From Lingula anatina (Eukaryota; Animalia; Brachiopoda), in assembly GCA_051362555.1 (NCBI GenBank), contig CM120641.1:22196001-22260000 (forward strand): DNA of 64,000 bases, in the 5' to 3' direction. A model generated the notes under the pieces. The model was not told the DNA's origin and ran no database searches. It worked only from the letters and a program-made list of their open reading frames with translations. A program made the translations under genes and the position numbers. Below are positions 37,201 to 49,406 of this stretch, in pieces; position 1 is the stretch's first letter; every line of letters begins with the position of its first letter.

Positions 37201-40172
37201 AAGGAAGTTTATTGGAATGTATTTCTGAATAACAAGTTAAGAAAATTCACTAGTTCACTAAAGACACAAAACAACTGTCACTTTTACTTTAAAACACTTT
37301 TTTTATTATTTTGATAAAGTTAGTTACAGTATTGATAAACAAAGTATCATGTTTTCAATAATTAATATTTTAAATTACAATCCATGTTTTCCATCACGAC
37401 GACCAAACAACAATGTTGAGTCAATGAAATGACCAAAATACAATGTTGAGTCAACGTCACATTATGACAGTGTTTTGGCATGGCTGGATCAATGCTGATT
37501 TTACGTTGAATTTAGGTAGATCAACGGCAATTCAACGTATCAACCTGTTTTCAACGTTGATCCAACGTCACTATGCCTGCTGGAATAAAAGCTAGGCTAT
37601 TTTTAAAGTTGTCAATCAGATGTCAATTGTCAGAAAGCACAAAACACTTAACTGCTCAATAAAAACACTGGGGATGCACTTTATGGTGGTAAACTTTACA
37701 TTCTGTGGTTTAAGTCAATGACATGCATGTTTTTAAAACAAATTTGGTTTAGTCAAATCAATATCTTATACCAATAATGTTGCATAATTCTTATCATAAT
37801 ATGGAAGAGATGAAAATTTGAATATATTTTTAATTTGAAACTAAATACTTATTAATATACTTATTAAAATACTGCACCCATACTGTTTTTCTTTCTTCTA
37901 GATCTATTTTATTCATTTAAACAAACTCTCATCATAATAAACATTTATGCATAATAAAAAATTGACTTTTTACAGGCATAAGGGTTAATTAACCATCACA
38001 AAATGTGTTTTACTAGTATTTCAATACCAAAACTTAACTTACCTAGGCATATGGATAATGGCATCTGGCTTGAAGAAGAGGGCCATAGCTGCTTGGAACA
38101 TTGCCTGTTTACAGCTACCTACAATATCCGTATGTAGCAAGAAGTTTAATATACTGTACATGCAGATACATGTACCGGGTACATTTAAAAGTAGACACTA
38201 ATTCTTGAGATAGAAATAATCAAAAACAGTCTACAGTGCAACTATGTATCAGTGATACATTTGTGACCTTCCTTGTATTACCACAACCCCTCAGTTTATC
38301 TAATAATGAAAAAGAAAGAACTCTCGATCATTCTCTCTGAAAATCCCTCCATCCCTCCCTCCTTTATATGCATGCTGATCACCCTCTTACTCACACAGAC
38401 TTTATCACTCACACACATGGCCTATACAATTAATATATTAATTACCATTTATCTGAAGGCGACCATTTTTGAACAAAAGAGCTGAATCATCCAGAATTTC
38501 CTGCTCTGTATCATCTGCTAAAGTCACATTGATACCTTTCTTTTCAATGTCTTCCCCTAAAATATTTAAATAATTTATAAAAGACTTTATTTGCACTTTG
38601 AAACGGCACTGCATGTCACATAGTATTCAATATTGGAAGGGTATTATGCATGTTGTGTAGGGTTTCAGCAGACATTAAAAGAAGAATACAAGCCATAGAG
38701 ATGAGATGAGACTACTCTACATCCAAAGATATCATGTCACAAATGAGGAAGTAAGGAGCAGAATCAGACAAACCAGTGGACCATACGAGGACCTATTGAC
38801 CACTGTATAGAGTCACAAGCTGAAGTGGTAGATGCACATCCCAAGACCAAAAGGACTTGCCAAAATGAACTAAATATGGCAGACCTACATGAAAGGAAGA
38901 TCGCTTAATCCTGTAATGGTCTTTCCGCCTCTCACACGCCTACCCTTCAGGGGCACAATAATTAAGTCTCGGCTCAATTCAACTGGTCGAGATTCTACGT
39001 GTGGGGAGGCATGTCAGAGGCAGAGAGACCATTACAGGATTAAGCGGTCTTCCTTTCATGTAGGTTTGTCATATTTAGGTCGCAGCCTAGCTAGCACTCG
39101 GCTCTTCTCGATCTGAATGGTCCCTATGTATGTAACAATAATACCCAGTATATTGTTTGACCACAGCCTTTTTGTAAACCAAAAAAAATATTGTAATAGT
39201 AAAAATACAATTTACTCATACCTCAGTGTTGTAGACATGTATTATAAAAAATATATATTGATTCAAAACTAAAGTAAAATTACATTAAACTTTGAACCAA
39301 AAGAATTACAAGGCAGCAAAGCTGTCAAATGTACAAACAAAATGCAAAAAATAATGATGCACAAAATAGATTATTTAGTCAAACTTGAAGAATAAACATA
39401 ATGTTTAACGGCAAAAACAACATCAAGTTTTAATTATGCACAACAGGTATAACACAGACTTTAAGAATAATATTTTGTAACTGGCTTAATTAAGGCTTCA
39501 GCCAATGACAGTTCAAATTCTCCATATGTTAAAAATTAACATGGAGGCACTATGTGTCTGTAAATAAAAAGTACCAGTATATGTGGAACATTTTAAAGGG
39601 GTAACAACTGTTCGTAAGATATCCATATTTCACAATAAATACATTGTAAAAACTCATAGAAATTCTATTTTACCACCAAAATGGTGGTTAATGCAATTAT
39701 TCTGGTATTTGCGCTTGCCATCACATCACGTGACCTCCATAGATGGCTACACTCTGTAATAATCTCTAAAGAGAATATTACAAAAGAACACTTTTTAGAA
39801 AAAAAAAAAAACAGGTTCTAACTTTGGATGTCAGAATGGATTCATTAACCATTGGTAAGTATGGGATAATTGTCCTTTACCACCGGAAAATTCATTTTTT
39901 GACCAAAATGAACAGTTGTTATCCTTTTAAGCAAATAATGATTAAAATTCTTGTAAGGCTGTTGGTTACAGGTAGAAGTAATCACCCCACTACATCTGAG
40001 AATTTCAAACAAAATTTTGATAGTGCCCCTACACTAAATTAAATTAAATATTAAGGGATCTATGACACATACATGTATCCCAACAGATTTCCGCAGAGTA
40101 TTTATGCCTACCTGAAGTGACTATGGATACTGCAGTAACCATGAGGGCAACTGCTGAGACACACTGTAACAT
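19210..40172 (-). CDS. Type-I membrane protein with 3 thyroglobulin type-1 domains, 3 Cys-rich modules and a C-terminal EpCAM/Trop2-like module; about 1067 aa, 17 coding exons
   Basis: Exons 40172-40112 (signal peptide MLQCVSAVALMVTAVSIVTSG), 38118-38043, 31598-31477, 30648-30490, 30213-30091, 28111-27413, 27090-26941, 25762-25610, 24966-24810, 23678-23191, 22410-22264, 21737-21470, 20832-20769, 20544-20443, 20301-20089 (TM MVIPVVVCVVFALVGSVVGFC), 19851-19771, 19350-19210. All GT-AG and phase-consistent, 3204 nt. TY signatures QC...CWCA and two QC...CWCV. Confidence 0.85.
26215..26381. mobile_element. hAT-like MITE; a diverged inverted copy lies at about 44138-44300
   Basis: TIR CAGGAGCGGATTTAG vs CAGGGGCGGATTCAG; TSD not recognisable. 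Confidence 0.6.
26423..26680. mobile_element. MITE with long imperfect inverted repeats
   Basis: tgatccactgactaa...atatggccgactcac vs gtggggccggccatatttagtcagtggatca; shares a CTAAATATGGC-type motif with the 38869 hairpin. Confidence 0.6.
27670..28060 (-). repeat. Coding minisatellite: 45-bp and 60-bp units encoding SRRPPMDRVTVDPGV / SRQPLSRRPSMDRVTVDPGV
   Basis: Seven MD(R/K)VTV(D/N/H)P repeats in ORF 27342-28091, within exon 28111-27413. Confidence 0.9.
32323..32664. mobile_element. Kolobok-like MITE
   Basis: TTAA TSDs; perfect 19-bp TIR AGGGATAATAACTCTTCGT / ACGAAGAGTTATTATCCCT; inserted into a decayed HINE-like repeat. Confidence 0.9.
33043..33246. mobile_element. PIF/Harbinger-like MITE
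   Basis: Inverted ends AGACCCCATTCCCAGAGATTAGATCGAT / ATCGATCTAAAATCTATGGGAATGTGTCC, flanked by TTA/TAA; related to 48952-49205. Confidence 0.65.
33790..37584. mobile_element. Second CCC-terminal CMC/EnSpm-like element, hosting a foldback insertion
   Basis: ta-CCCAGCTGGCA at left, TGCCTGCTGGA at right, AACGTT-rich subterminal motifs at both ends as in 6232-8426. Confidence 0.65.
33977..36855. mobile_element. 2.9-kb foldback DNA transposon with about 1.1-kb modular TIRs made of 184-bp tandem units
   Basis: Ends CCGGTGTAACATGAAAATCTGACTCCC / GGGAGTCAGATTTTCATGGTACACCGG. Left-arm units at 34067, 34251, 34435, 34619, 34804; about four inverted units at 36025-36760; AT-rich spacer about 35140-35810 with no ORF. 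Confidence 0.9.
38869..39080. mobile_element. MITE-like hairpin with about 72-bp inverted arms
   Basis: ctaaatatggcagacctacatgaaaggaagatcgcttaatcctgtaatggtct... pairs with ...agaccattacaggattaagcggtcttcctttcatgtaggtttgtcatatttag. Confidence 0.8.
39308..39570 (+). mobile_element. Short internally deleted HINE-type copy
   Basis: Starts ACAAGGCAGCAAAGCTGTCAAATGTAC, ends tgtgtctgtaaataaaaa. Confidence 0.65.
39597..39926. mobile_element. Kolobok-like MITE, same family as 32323-32664
   Basis: TTAA TSDs; TIR AGGGGTAACAACTGTTCGT / ATGAACAGTTGTTATCCTT; shared internal aatggattcattaaccattggtaagtatggga. Confidence 0.85.
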
Positions 40173-42354
40173 GTTTATAATGTCCAGCCCAGCCAACAAC
40201 TGAAATACAAAATTAAAATGCAATACTTCTTTTTTTAATGGTCTCATACATGCTATATAATAATAATAATAAATAATAAGGATATCTATTTAAAGTCTAA
40301 AATCCAAATATGTTCAGTAAACGTTTATAATATGATTGAAGAATAAAAAAGACTACTAAAAGAAAAGGAAAACATTGATTTAAACAAATACATTAAAAAA
40401 ATATAAAATCACTGGTACAAGGGTTAGTTCATAATGTCATTTTGAAAAAGTCCTTTAAAATCTAGTCATAAAGATAGATTCTCATTTCCCTACTTAAAAA
40501 TTAAAACCCAGCCCAAAATAACAAAAGTGTACAGCAGAGATGGTCTAAAAAACATTTTTAATGTAATGGCAGATTTTTGCAGAAAACAATGTGGGTATAT
40601 TTTGGAAATATAAAAAAAAATTAATATCTTGGAGGTGGGGAAATTCATTTAAATAATTTTAGTATTCTTTTTTCTTTAAACTCCATTTATTTATTCTTTA
40701 TTTCTCTATCTATCTATCTATCTGCTATCTATCTTAAATGTATGTTATTTTTGTTTCATCCTGTAATACCTGTTACAACTGGCCACCATTTATCTAGCGA
40801 CACTTATTTTCAATTGTTTTGTTTATTTTAAAATTATAAATTAATGTTCACATTGCCCAGTGATAAATACAGTAAAAACTTTGAAAATTTCACTGCTTAA
40901 AAATTAATTTAAATTTTTCATTTCATGAATATGACGAAATTTTCAAAACTCCAACTGACTTAAATATGCATACTATTTTGCCATCAAAGAAATCTTTTAA
41001 AATGCCAACTATTGTAATGCAAAGAAGATGATGCCTCTTTTATAAGTAAACTGAAAGGCATTTTAAAAATCTCCACAACAAACAAGTTTCCAATGGTTTA
41101 GTCAGAAGAATGAAAAAGTTCAAGTGATATTTTCATTGCTTGACCATCAACAGAGCCATTACAGCATGTAATTGCCTTCCATAACCTGTCTAGACTGAAA
41201 CACCATCTCTGAGATATTATTTCTTCAGCAAGTACTGCCTAACCCTGCTTCAGGTGCTGCATTTATTGTTGTCTTGAGACATAAGTATTTTCTTTCTCCT
41301 TATGAATACTGCGGATTAGCAATTTGAATGAGGACCAAATTCGCCCACTGGCATGCAAATATGACAAATAAACATGTCATCACCCTGGATGACCAGTACT
41401 TGTGATGTTTTGAACAATCTTTTTAGTTTACTAGTTCAAAAACTTATGCTGCTGGTTTGATGACAACAAAAAATTTTAACTCAGTTTTTTGTTTCCCTCT
41501 TTTTCTTTCAAAATTGAAACATTTTGTGTACAGATAGCCAAAAGTGGAAAGCAACAAGAGTTACACTGCACAAATTTAAAAAAGTGAACAAGTGTCCATG
41601 AAAAGCATAATCATCAAAGTTTTAATTTGAAAAAATGAAAATCTATAAGAAAATCAGACATACAATATACATGTATAAAAAAAAAATAAAATAAAATATG
41701 CTACTAAAACTTACAACTGCATCTGGCAATGACTTTGATAAAGAGCCATAGAAATGACTTAATTACCAGTACCCTACTGGTAGTACATGTATATCACAAT
41801 AAGTCTAAAATTAAGCTGAAATAATATTTTTCATCCATTGGTTACATTAACTATCAAAAATCACAAAAAGAAATAATTTCAAAATACACCGAATTACGTT
41901 GTACTTACTTTTGACAAATACACTTTCTGCCAGACCTAAGAAAGGCACTAATAGGAAGGTGCTACCATCTCATAAATGATACCCAAGTGGTTCTTCCCTG
42001 GTTTCTCTATGATGTGTCTAAATTTTGCAATAATATTTTGAATAAAATTACACAATACAGTCCCTTCCAGAATTTTACTATAAATGTAACAATTTGCATC
42101 ATAATGTTAATCAAAGCCTGTGATTGGTTAAATTCTGCGTGTGTTCTTTCCCTTGGTCAAGAAGGGTGGGTTTCACAGGGTAAAATACAGCAATGTGTAT
42201 ATCATATCAAACTTTCAACTAAATATTTCTACTCTCAAAGGAGAAAACAATTTCCAAAAGTCTCGTCATACCTCTACAAAAACTGTGTTATTTTATAATT
42301 GTAAATTATTCATTAAGTATTGACAAATCAGTCCGTGGAAGTTTACTGTTGAAA

Positions 42355-42805
42355 AATGGTTGGTTATTTAAGAGGTTGGCTGTCTCAAAGGTTGGTTGTT
42401 CAAATTAAAGAATTTATTGTTAAAGGAGTTCGCTGTCCAAGCATTTGGTTGTTGTCAATCACAAAAGTTAGTTATTCCAAGAGCTGGATGCCTAAACAAG
42501 AGTTGGCCATCACAAAAATGGTTATTTCAAAGGTTGGCTGTCTTAATAGCTGGACCTTCAAAGAGTGAGCTGTCACAAAAGTTGGTTACGTATCTAAAAG
42601 GTTGACTGTCCCAACAGTTGGTTGTTCAAAGTGTTGGCTGTCACAAAAGTAAGAAGCTAAAAGAGTTGGCCATCACAAAAAGTTGGTCATTTAAAATGGT
42701 TGGCTATCTCAACAGTTGGTTGTTGAAATTGTTGGCTGTCACAATTTTTTTTTCAAAGGTTGGCTGTCCCAATGGCTGGTTGTTATAAGCAAAGGCTAGC
42801 CAACT
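42355..42805. repeat. Degenerate about 21-22-bp tandem array around a GTTGG core
   Basis: About 20 variants of aaaggttggctgtc(t/a)ca. Confidence 0.75.
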
Positions 42806-44541
42806 TCAGTGGCACATTTGGTTGAAATAACAATGAGCAGCAATAATAGTGCCCCGGTAATTGCCTGATGAATTATTTAGTGTTGTTTAGTGTTGTATGG
42901 AGTGTTGATGTTCAGGCCTTGGACCCATCATATGGGTCCAAGATAACTCAAACAAATTATAACCAAGGTTCAAATGAATGTTTTCCCCTTGCCATAAGAA
43001 GAAAATGTTTGGCATGTGCAACAAATGCAATTCTTATATGGACTGTTTGTTTTGTAAGTTTATAAGTTTTTAAACACACGAATTGTGATGCTCAATATTT
43101 CCAGAATATTTTTAAAACTAAGATAAATGCCATAAGAGTATTTCTTAACTGTGGAGGTACCGTGCAAGCAAACAAACACAATGATGAGGCAACAAATCAC
43201 ATGTGACTGTAAGCCCATGAATCAAATGCATATTTTGCATTCACCAGTGCAGCCATTAAAGGCTAGAGGCACTCATATTTCTCAATTACTGCTCCTGTCA
43301 CACAAGAGCTGCTGCTTGGTGACATGTTAACAAAAAGGTTGCATCTCAGTGCCTCTAGTTTTCACATAAAACTGAGTGATCCCCTGTTGTGAATGTCTCC
43401 CCTCTATAAAGTCCTTTTTTCTTGACTAATATCTGATATTTTTTTCGTTTAATTTTTCACAAATTGAAACATTTTACCTGTTAAAATATACAGAACACCT
43501 TACTGACCAGTATATATATTTCATTGTACAAAGGTTTTAACAAAAAATTATGGGTGACCTAGGAAGACGTCTTCCTGTGGCAAACTAATTGGAGCAGTAC
43601 TCTAGTAATTGGACTTAGTTTTTGCAGTAATCTGGATTAATGCCATGAGAAAACAAGTAAAAGTTGGACCCGCTGTGCCAGGGGTGTCTACCTCACAGCC
43701 AGTGGTCTTTGATCAAACCTGTTCTAAGCAGTCAGGTGTAAACTGTTGACGCTATCCACAGGCGAGCAAGAGACATCTCAAGGACATGGGAAAGTCTTTG
43801 TACATAGCACACATAGCCTTTGGTCATGCAGAACAAATTGGGAAATGACAAAATCTGGTGTCTGATATCTAAGACAAAAACTGATGTCTGAAATCTGGGA
43901 TGAAAGGTGATGTCTGAAATCTAGAACAAATAACTACAAACTTCACTTTGCATAGATTGGTCAAAATGAGGAAACAAGGCAGCAAAGCTGTCAAATGTAC
44001 AGACAAAAAACAGAAAATAAAGATGCAAAATAGGTCATTTTGTCAATTTTGATGCAATAATAAATAATGCTTATAATAGCACTGTCAGTCAACACTGAAT
44101 TTTAATCATGCACAACAGGTAAAATGGTCAATAACATGAGCGGACCCAGAGATATTTTCTGACAGTATTCCAAAGTATCTATTTTGATCCATCCTCCATT
44201 TTGATGGTCTTCCAACAGAAGAAAAAATAGATACCAGGCAATATAAACTTAATAACCTGACTGTCTTCCGGAAGTCCCAGAAGATGGTCTCAATCTACCC
44301 TTTCAATAAGATTACAGTTTCAGGACCATGAGAGTTCAAATTCACATGATGTAAGTCTCAATATTTGAAAAATGATGACAGTGCATAAAATAATATTACA
44401 TAAGTAACATAATGTTTAAAGACATAAAAAACAATACAACTGCTTATGTGGAAAAACAGAAATGTCAGAGTCTCAGGCGGATGAGAGTTTAAAGTCACAA
44501 ATGCAAGTGTTTGAGAAAAAATTATAAAGGAAAACAACAAA

Positions 44542-44724
44542 ACTAGAAAAGCACTCCGAGAGTGCAGACCTCTGCCAAGGTAGCAATTGTTGATTATTAT
44601 TGATTTTTGTCCTCTTTGGCCCACTTCTGACAGTTCCTGAAAATTTCAGCAAAATCGGTCCATAACTTTTTGAGTTATGTTGATGACAAACAGGGGTGAA
44701 AATATAACCTCCTTGGCAGAGGTA
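44542..44724 (+). mobile_element. Short HINE-type element of a second family
   Basis: Starts ACTAGAAAAGCACTCCGAGAGTGCAGACCTCTGCCAAGG and ends ACCTCCTTGGCAGAGGTAA (sub-terminal inverted repeat plus terminal hairpin). Confidence 0.75.
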
Positions 44725-44771
44725 AATATAATTCCAATGAAGCTGCTATTCAAACTTTTAATCTTTCAGTT

Positions 44772-44773
<2 letters not shown>

Positions 44774-44838
<65 letters not shown>
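44774..44838. repeat. (TA)n microsatellite
   Basis: About 32 uninterrupted TA units. Confidence 0.95.
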
Positions 44839-44842
<4 letters not shown>

Positions 44843-47339
44843 TTATTTGCAATATTAAACAAAATTTACCTGCATAATTATCACTGCTTCCTTATTATTA
44901 ATCTAGCAGAGAGCTTAACCTATGGGAGTTTACAGGGAAATATCAACAAGTGTGCTTTATGTAATCTCAAATCACAAGTGTGCTTTATGTAGCCTATCAA
45001 TTAGGCAAATTACTTTATAACTGAAATTAGCGAAGTGATACCCAAGGGAAATTTATAGACTGACCCTCTCAAAGGTCTTTCAGGCCCATAAGTCACAACT
45101 TAAGAAGAGCACAAAACAATAATGCACAAAATAGGAGACTACAACTTCTGATGCAATAATACATTATGTTTAACTGCACAGTCAACATCAAATTTTAATT
45201 TTGCACAACAGGTAACACCGATGAGAGTAAAAGCATAAGGCTTCAGGCCCATCAGAGTTCAAGTTTATACTTAGAAAGTGCCAGAATGAGAAAAATGAAA
45301 TTTCACACAAAATTGCATTAAATTCAATAATAAATGATAACCCAATTGACCTGGCTTTCTAATTTGAACTGCATGCCAATCCTAAAAATCATACTCTTAA
45401 GTTAAATATAATAATAAATAACACAGTTTTCTTTTCATAATGTTTGCAGTAGCAGTGCAAAAAGATTATTGTCAATTTTGATGTAACATTACATAATAAA
45501 TTATAGAATAATTATCACCAATTTTTGATTATTGACTATAAATAGCATGAACATGTAGAAAATTTGATTACCATCCGGCTTCATGTCCATGGGAGCTCCG
45601 AGTCCCACAATGAATATGCCAAAAAGATAATGAATATTTCACTAAAATGAATAACTTCCAGAAAAAGAAGCCCATTAGACTGCTTTTCCAACTTGGGCTG
45701 CATTTTAGTCCTGTGTTTCTTTTTTGAAAGTTTGACAATCATAATGAACACGGTTTTCCCATCATGGTCATCATGGCAGATGTGGATGATTGAATCTGAC
45801 AAACTGCAATGATATGAGTTTATTTCCGTTTTGGACACTTGATTACACAATACATGATAACAAGTTTACCATCATTTTTACATAATCAACTAACAATGTT
45901 GTAAAGATGCAGGAAATATCAAACACACACTTTTACGTATCTTATTAGTTCAATAATGAGACTGTTAACATGCCTAAGAATTGAATCTGAGGAAATTTGA
46001 AAAAACAGTACAACTTCTAAAATAATGGCCCGATAACACTGATTTTCGAACTCAACCTGCATTTTTGTAAGATTGACCACTCCTGTGAGTATAATGACAA
46101 TTGGCTAAGCTGTTTTTCTTATATTGTGTTATTAATGTTGCATATATGTTGAAAAAAGTGAAAAAACAGCATAAAAAAATTAAAAGAAAATGTAAAATAA
46201 AACATAACAAAAAATACCAATAAAGCTGCTATTCAAACTTTTAATCTAGCTGTACAATTACTAACATGATATGAATAACCCTATTGAGTTTGAGAATAAT
46301 AAGGCACTGTTATTCATCTTTAGCATTAATGTAAGCATTACACAAATTTTTTTTTGTAAACTTATTTTCCATATTAAATAACATTTACCTGCATAATAAT
46401 CATCGATTCCTAATTATGTGACACAGTTAAGAAAGCTAAACCGATGGGACTTTACAATGAAATCTCAATGTGTGTTTATGTAATCTCATTTAATACCCAC
46501 TTGAAAATTAATTAAGCAAATTATTTTATAACCCTGAAATAACTTGAAAATCAATTAAGCAAATTATTTTATAACCCTGAATTAACTGCCTACTATCCAT
46601 ATACATTTATTGCACCAAATAGCACTGTACTGCATTGCTTTCAAAACAGAAAACAATTACGATGGTTTTCCAACACAAGCTGCACTTCACTCTTTTCAGT
46701 AAGGTTGATAATCATAAGTAACATGGTTTTCCCTTAATCGCTATCCTGGCAGCAGTGTCCAAAATAGGGTTTTCTTTAACTTTCATGCAATATAACATAA
46801 TACTTAACAGCATAATGACCATCAAATTTTTTATAAAAAAATAAAAGTATCATGGATATTCAGAAAATGTGATATGGAAAGGTCTCCAAGGACATGGAAG
46901 TTAGGGTCACACTTTCAAAATGCCAAAATGTTAACAAGAGATAACTGTACTGAAATGATTTTCTTTCCATTTTCAACACCTTTTTTTACATAAAACCATC
47001 ATAACTGTCATTTTTAAATGATCAACTAGGAAAATTGTTGACATAGAGAAATATCAATAGAACAATTTATAATGTCCAATTAGCTCCATTTGGAGATTCT
47101 GAACAAACTGAATGATTGAATCTGACGAACTGCAATGATGAGTTCCTTTCCATTTTTGATACTTTATTACACAATGCAGGATAATAGGTTTACCGTCATT
47201 TTTATATAATCAACTAACAATATTGTTAAGAAGCAGAAAATGTTAAAACAACACTTTAACATATCCAATTAGTACCGTTATGAGACTGTTAACATGCTTA
47301 AGAATTAAATCTGAAGAAAAACCACTTATATACAAAAAG

Positions 47340-48620
47340 GCTAATAACTTCATCAAAACTTAACTGATCAAGCTTATTTTCAAACTTGATCTGTATACTG
47401 GTCAGATTGATCACTCCTGTGAGTTGCAAGACAAAAGGCTGATTGGTTTTCCTTAAAATGCGTTATCAGTGTTGCATGTATGCTGAATAAAGGGAAAAAA
47501 ACAGCATTACTTTTGTAAAAATAGTCCAATCATGCCAATTTTCAAACTTGACCTGCGTATAATAAATATTCACCAGTTCTGTAAATTTCAATCCAAGGAA
47601 AGGAAAAACATTTTTACACTTATCATGTTATCGGTGTTATAAAAGTGCTGAAAAAATTGAAAAAAAAAAAAAAAAAAAAAACAGGATAACTTCCATAAAA
47701 ATTGCCCGATCTTGCTGATTTTCAAACTTGCCCTGTGTATTATGAATATTCATTAGTTCTGTAAGTTTCAAGCCAAATGAAAAAACAGTTTTCCACTTAT
47801 TGTGTTATCAGTGCTGCATATATGCTGAAAAAAGTGAAAAAACAGCATAAATTCCCTAACAATAATCGAATCATGCTGATTTTCGAACTTGACTTGCGTA
47901 TTATGAATATTTATCAGTTCTACAAGTTTCAAGCCAAAAGGTAAATTGGTTTTCCACTTATGGTGTTATCGGTGCTGCATATATGCTGAAAAATAGTGAA
48001 AAAACAGCATAAATTCCCTAAATATGACCCAATCATGCTGATTTTCGAACTTGACCTGTGTATTATGAATATTAATCAGTTTTGTAAGTTTCAAGCCAAA
48101 AGGTAGGATGGTTTTCCACTTATCGTGTTATCGGGGTTGCATATATGCTGAAAAAAGTGAAAAAACAGCATAAATTCCCTAAAAATGACCCGATCATGCT
48201 GATTTTCGAACTTGACCTGCGTATTATGAATATTCATCAGTTCTGTAACTTTCAAGCCAAAAGGTAAAATGGTTTTTCACTTATCGTGTTATCGGTGCTG
48301 CATATATGCTGAAAAAAGTGAAAAAACAGCATAAATTCCCTAAAAGTGACCCGATCATGCTGATTTTCGAACTTGACCTGCGTATTATGAATATTCATCA
48401 GTTTTGTAAGTTTCAAGTCAAAAGGTAAAATGGTTTTCCACTTATCGTGTTATCAGTGCTGCATATATGCTGAAAAAAGTGAAAAAACAGCATAAATTCC
48501 CTAAAAGTGACCCGATCATGCTGATTTTCGAACTTGACCTGCGTATTATGAATATTCATCAGTTCTGTAAGTTTCATACCAAAAGAAAAAACAGTTTTCC
48601 ATTTATCGTGTTATCGGTAA
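47340..48620 (+). repeat. 161-bp tandem array, about 8 copies
   Basis: gattttc(g/a)aacttg recurs at 47717, 47878, 48040, 48201, 48362, 48523. Confidence 0.9.
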
Positions 48621-48861
48621 AAGTGCACGGCGACGGCGACGGCGACGACGGCGACGGCGACGACGGCGACGGCGACGACAGACGCAGATGATAGCTATAT
48701 GTACAGACACATCTGTGTCTGTACATAAAAATCATTGCTCCATTTGATGATCACGAGTGCCAGAGTGGTATTAAATCCCAAGTGAGATTTTAAACCTCAG
48801 CGTATAAAAAAAATACAAAAGCTTGTTGACTAAAGCTTTTTGGAAAGCTTGCTTGACGGTA

Positions 48862-49406
48862 GGCTGTGTTTAGAATAGAAGTTAGCGTAGCAGCAGGATC
48901 AATCTATCTCAGCAGGGATTCTGGATAAGGTGCAGACAATGTGATCAGTTAGGGACCATTCCCAGACCCTATCATACTAACTGTGATTTGATCTATCTTT
49001 AAGGGGATTCTTGCTAAATTGCAATTAACTTAAGCGACTTAGATGCCTGTCACGCCTGCTGAAGTTGGTAGGGGGTAATTAATTATCGTTTAGCAGCTTC
49101 AGTAGGCGTGCCAGACATCTAACCTGCTTAAGCTGAAAGCAACCCCTTGGAGATGGATCGATAAATTGTTCCTGTTAGATTGATCTAGGTATGGGAACCC
49201 AGTCTTAAATTGTCTGGCATGCACCTCTAAACTTAAAGTGCCTGAGTAAAGTCAGAATAACTGTGTGGTCCATGATGTTGTTCATGTTGCTCTGAGAAGG
49301 GGCATGCCATAGAATTAACTGGATTACATTGACTGCACCTCAGCAAGAGTCCCTGCTGAGATAGATCAATCCTGCCAGTAGTATAACTTCTTTTCTGAGC
49401 ACAGCC
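48862..49406. mobile_element. PIF/Harbinger-like MITE (about 90-bp TIR) containing a nested second MITE at 48952-49205
   Basis: Outer arms ggctgtgtttagaatagaagtta...atctatctcagcaggga vs tccctgctgagatagat...taacttcttttctgagcacagcc; inner element flanked by TTA/TAA with TTCCCA...TGGGAA ends. Confidence 0.7.

Larger units (their letters stand above)
43974..48731 (+). mobile_element. Long composite Helentron/HINE-type element with central 161-bp satellite array and nested insertions
   Basis: 5' ACAAGGCAGCAAAGCTGTCAAATGTACAGAC at 43974; 161-bp array about 47340-48620; (GACGGC)n at 48627-48680; terminal hairpin ATGTACAGACACATCTGTGTCTGTACAT plus AAAAA. May be more than one merged copy. Confidence 0.75.

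Noticed and set aside
47340-48620. 161-bp array as CRISPR-like or coding repeat (ORF 48467-48691)
   Set aside because: Whole-unit tandem repeat in a HINE; the GDGDGDD peptide is just the GACGGC microsatellite.
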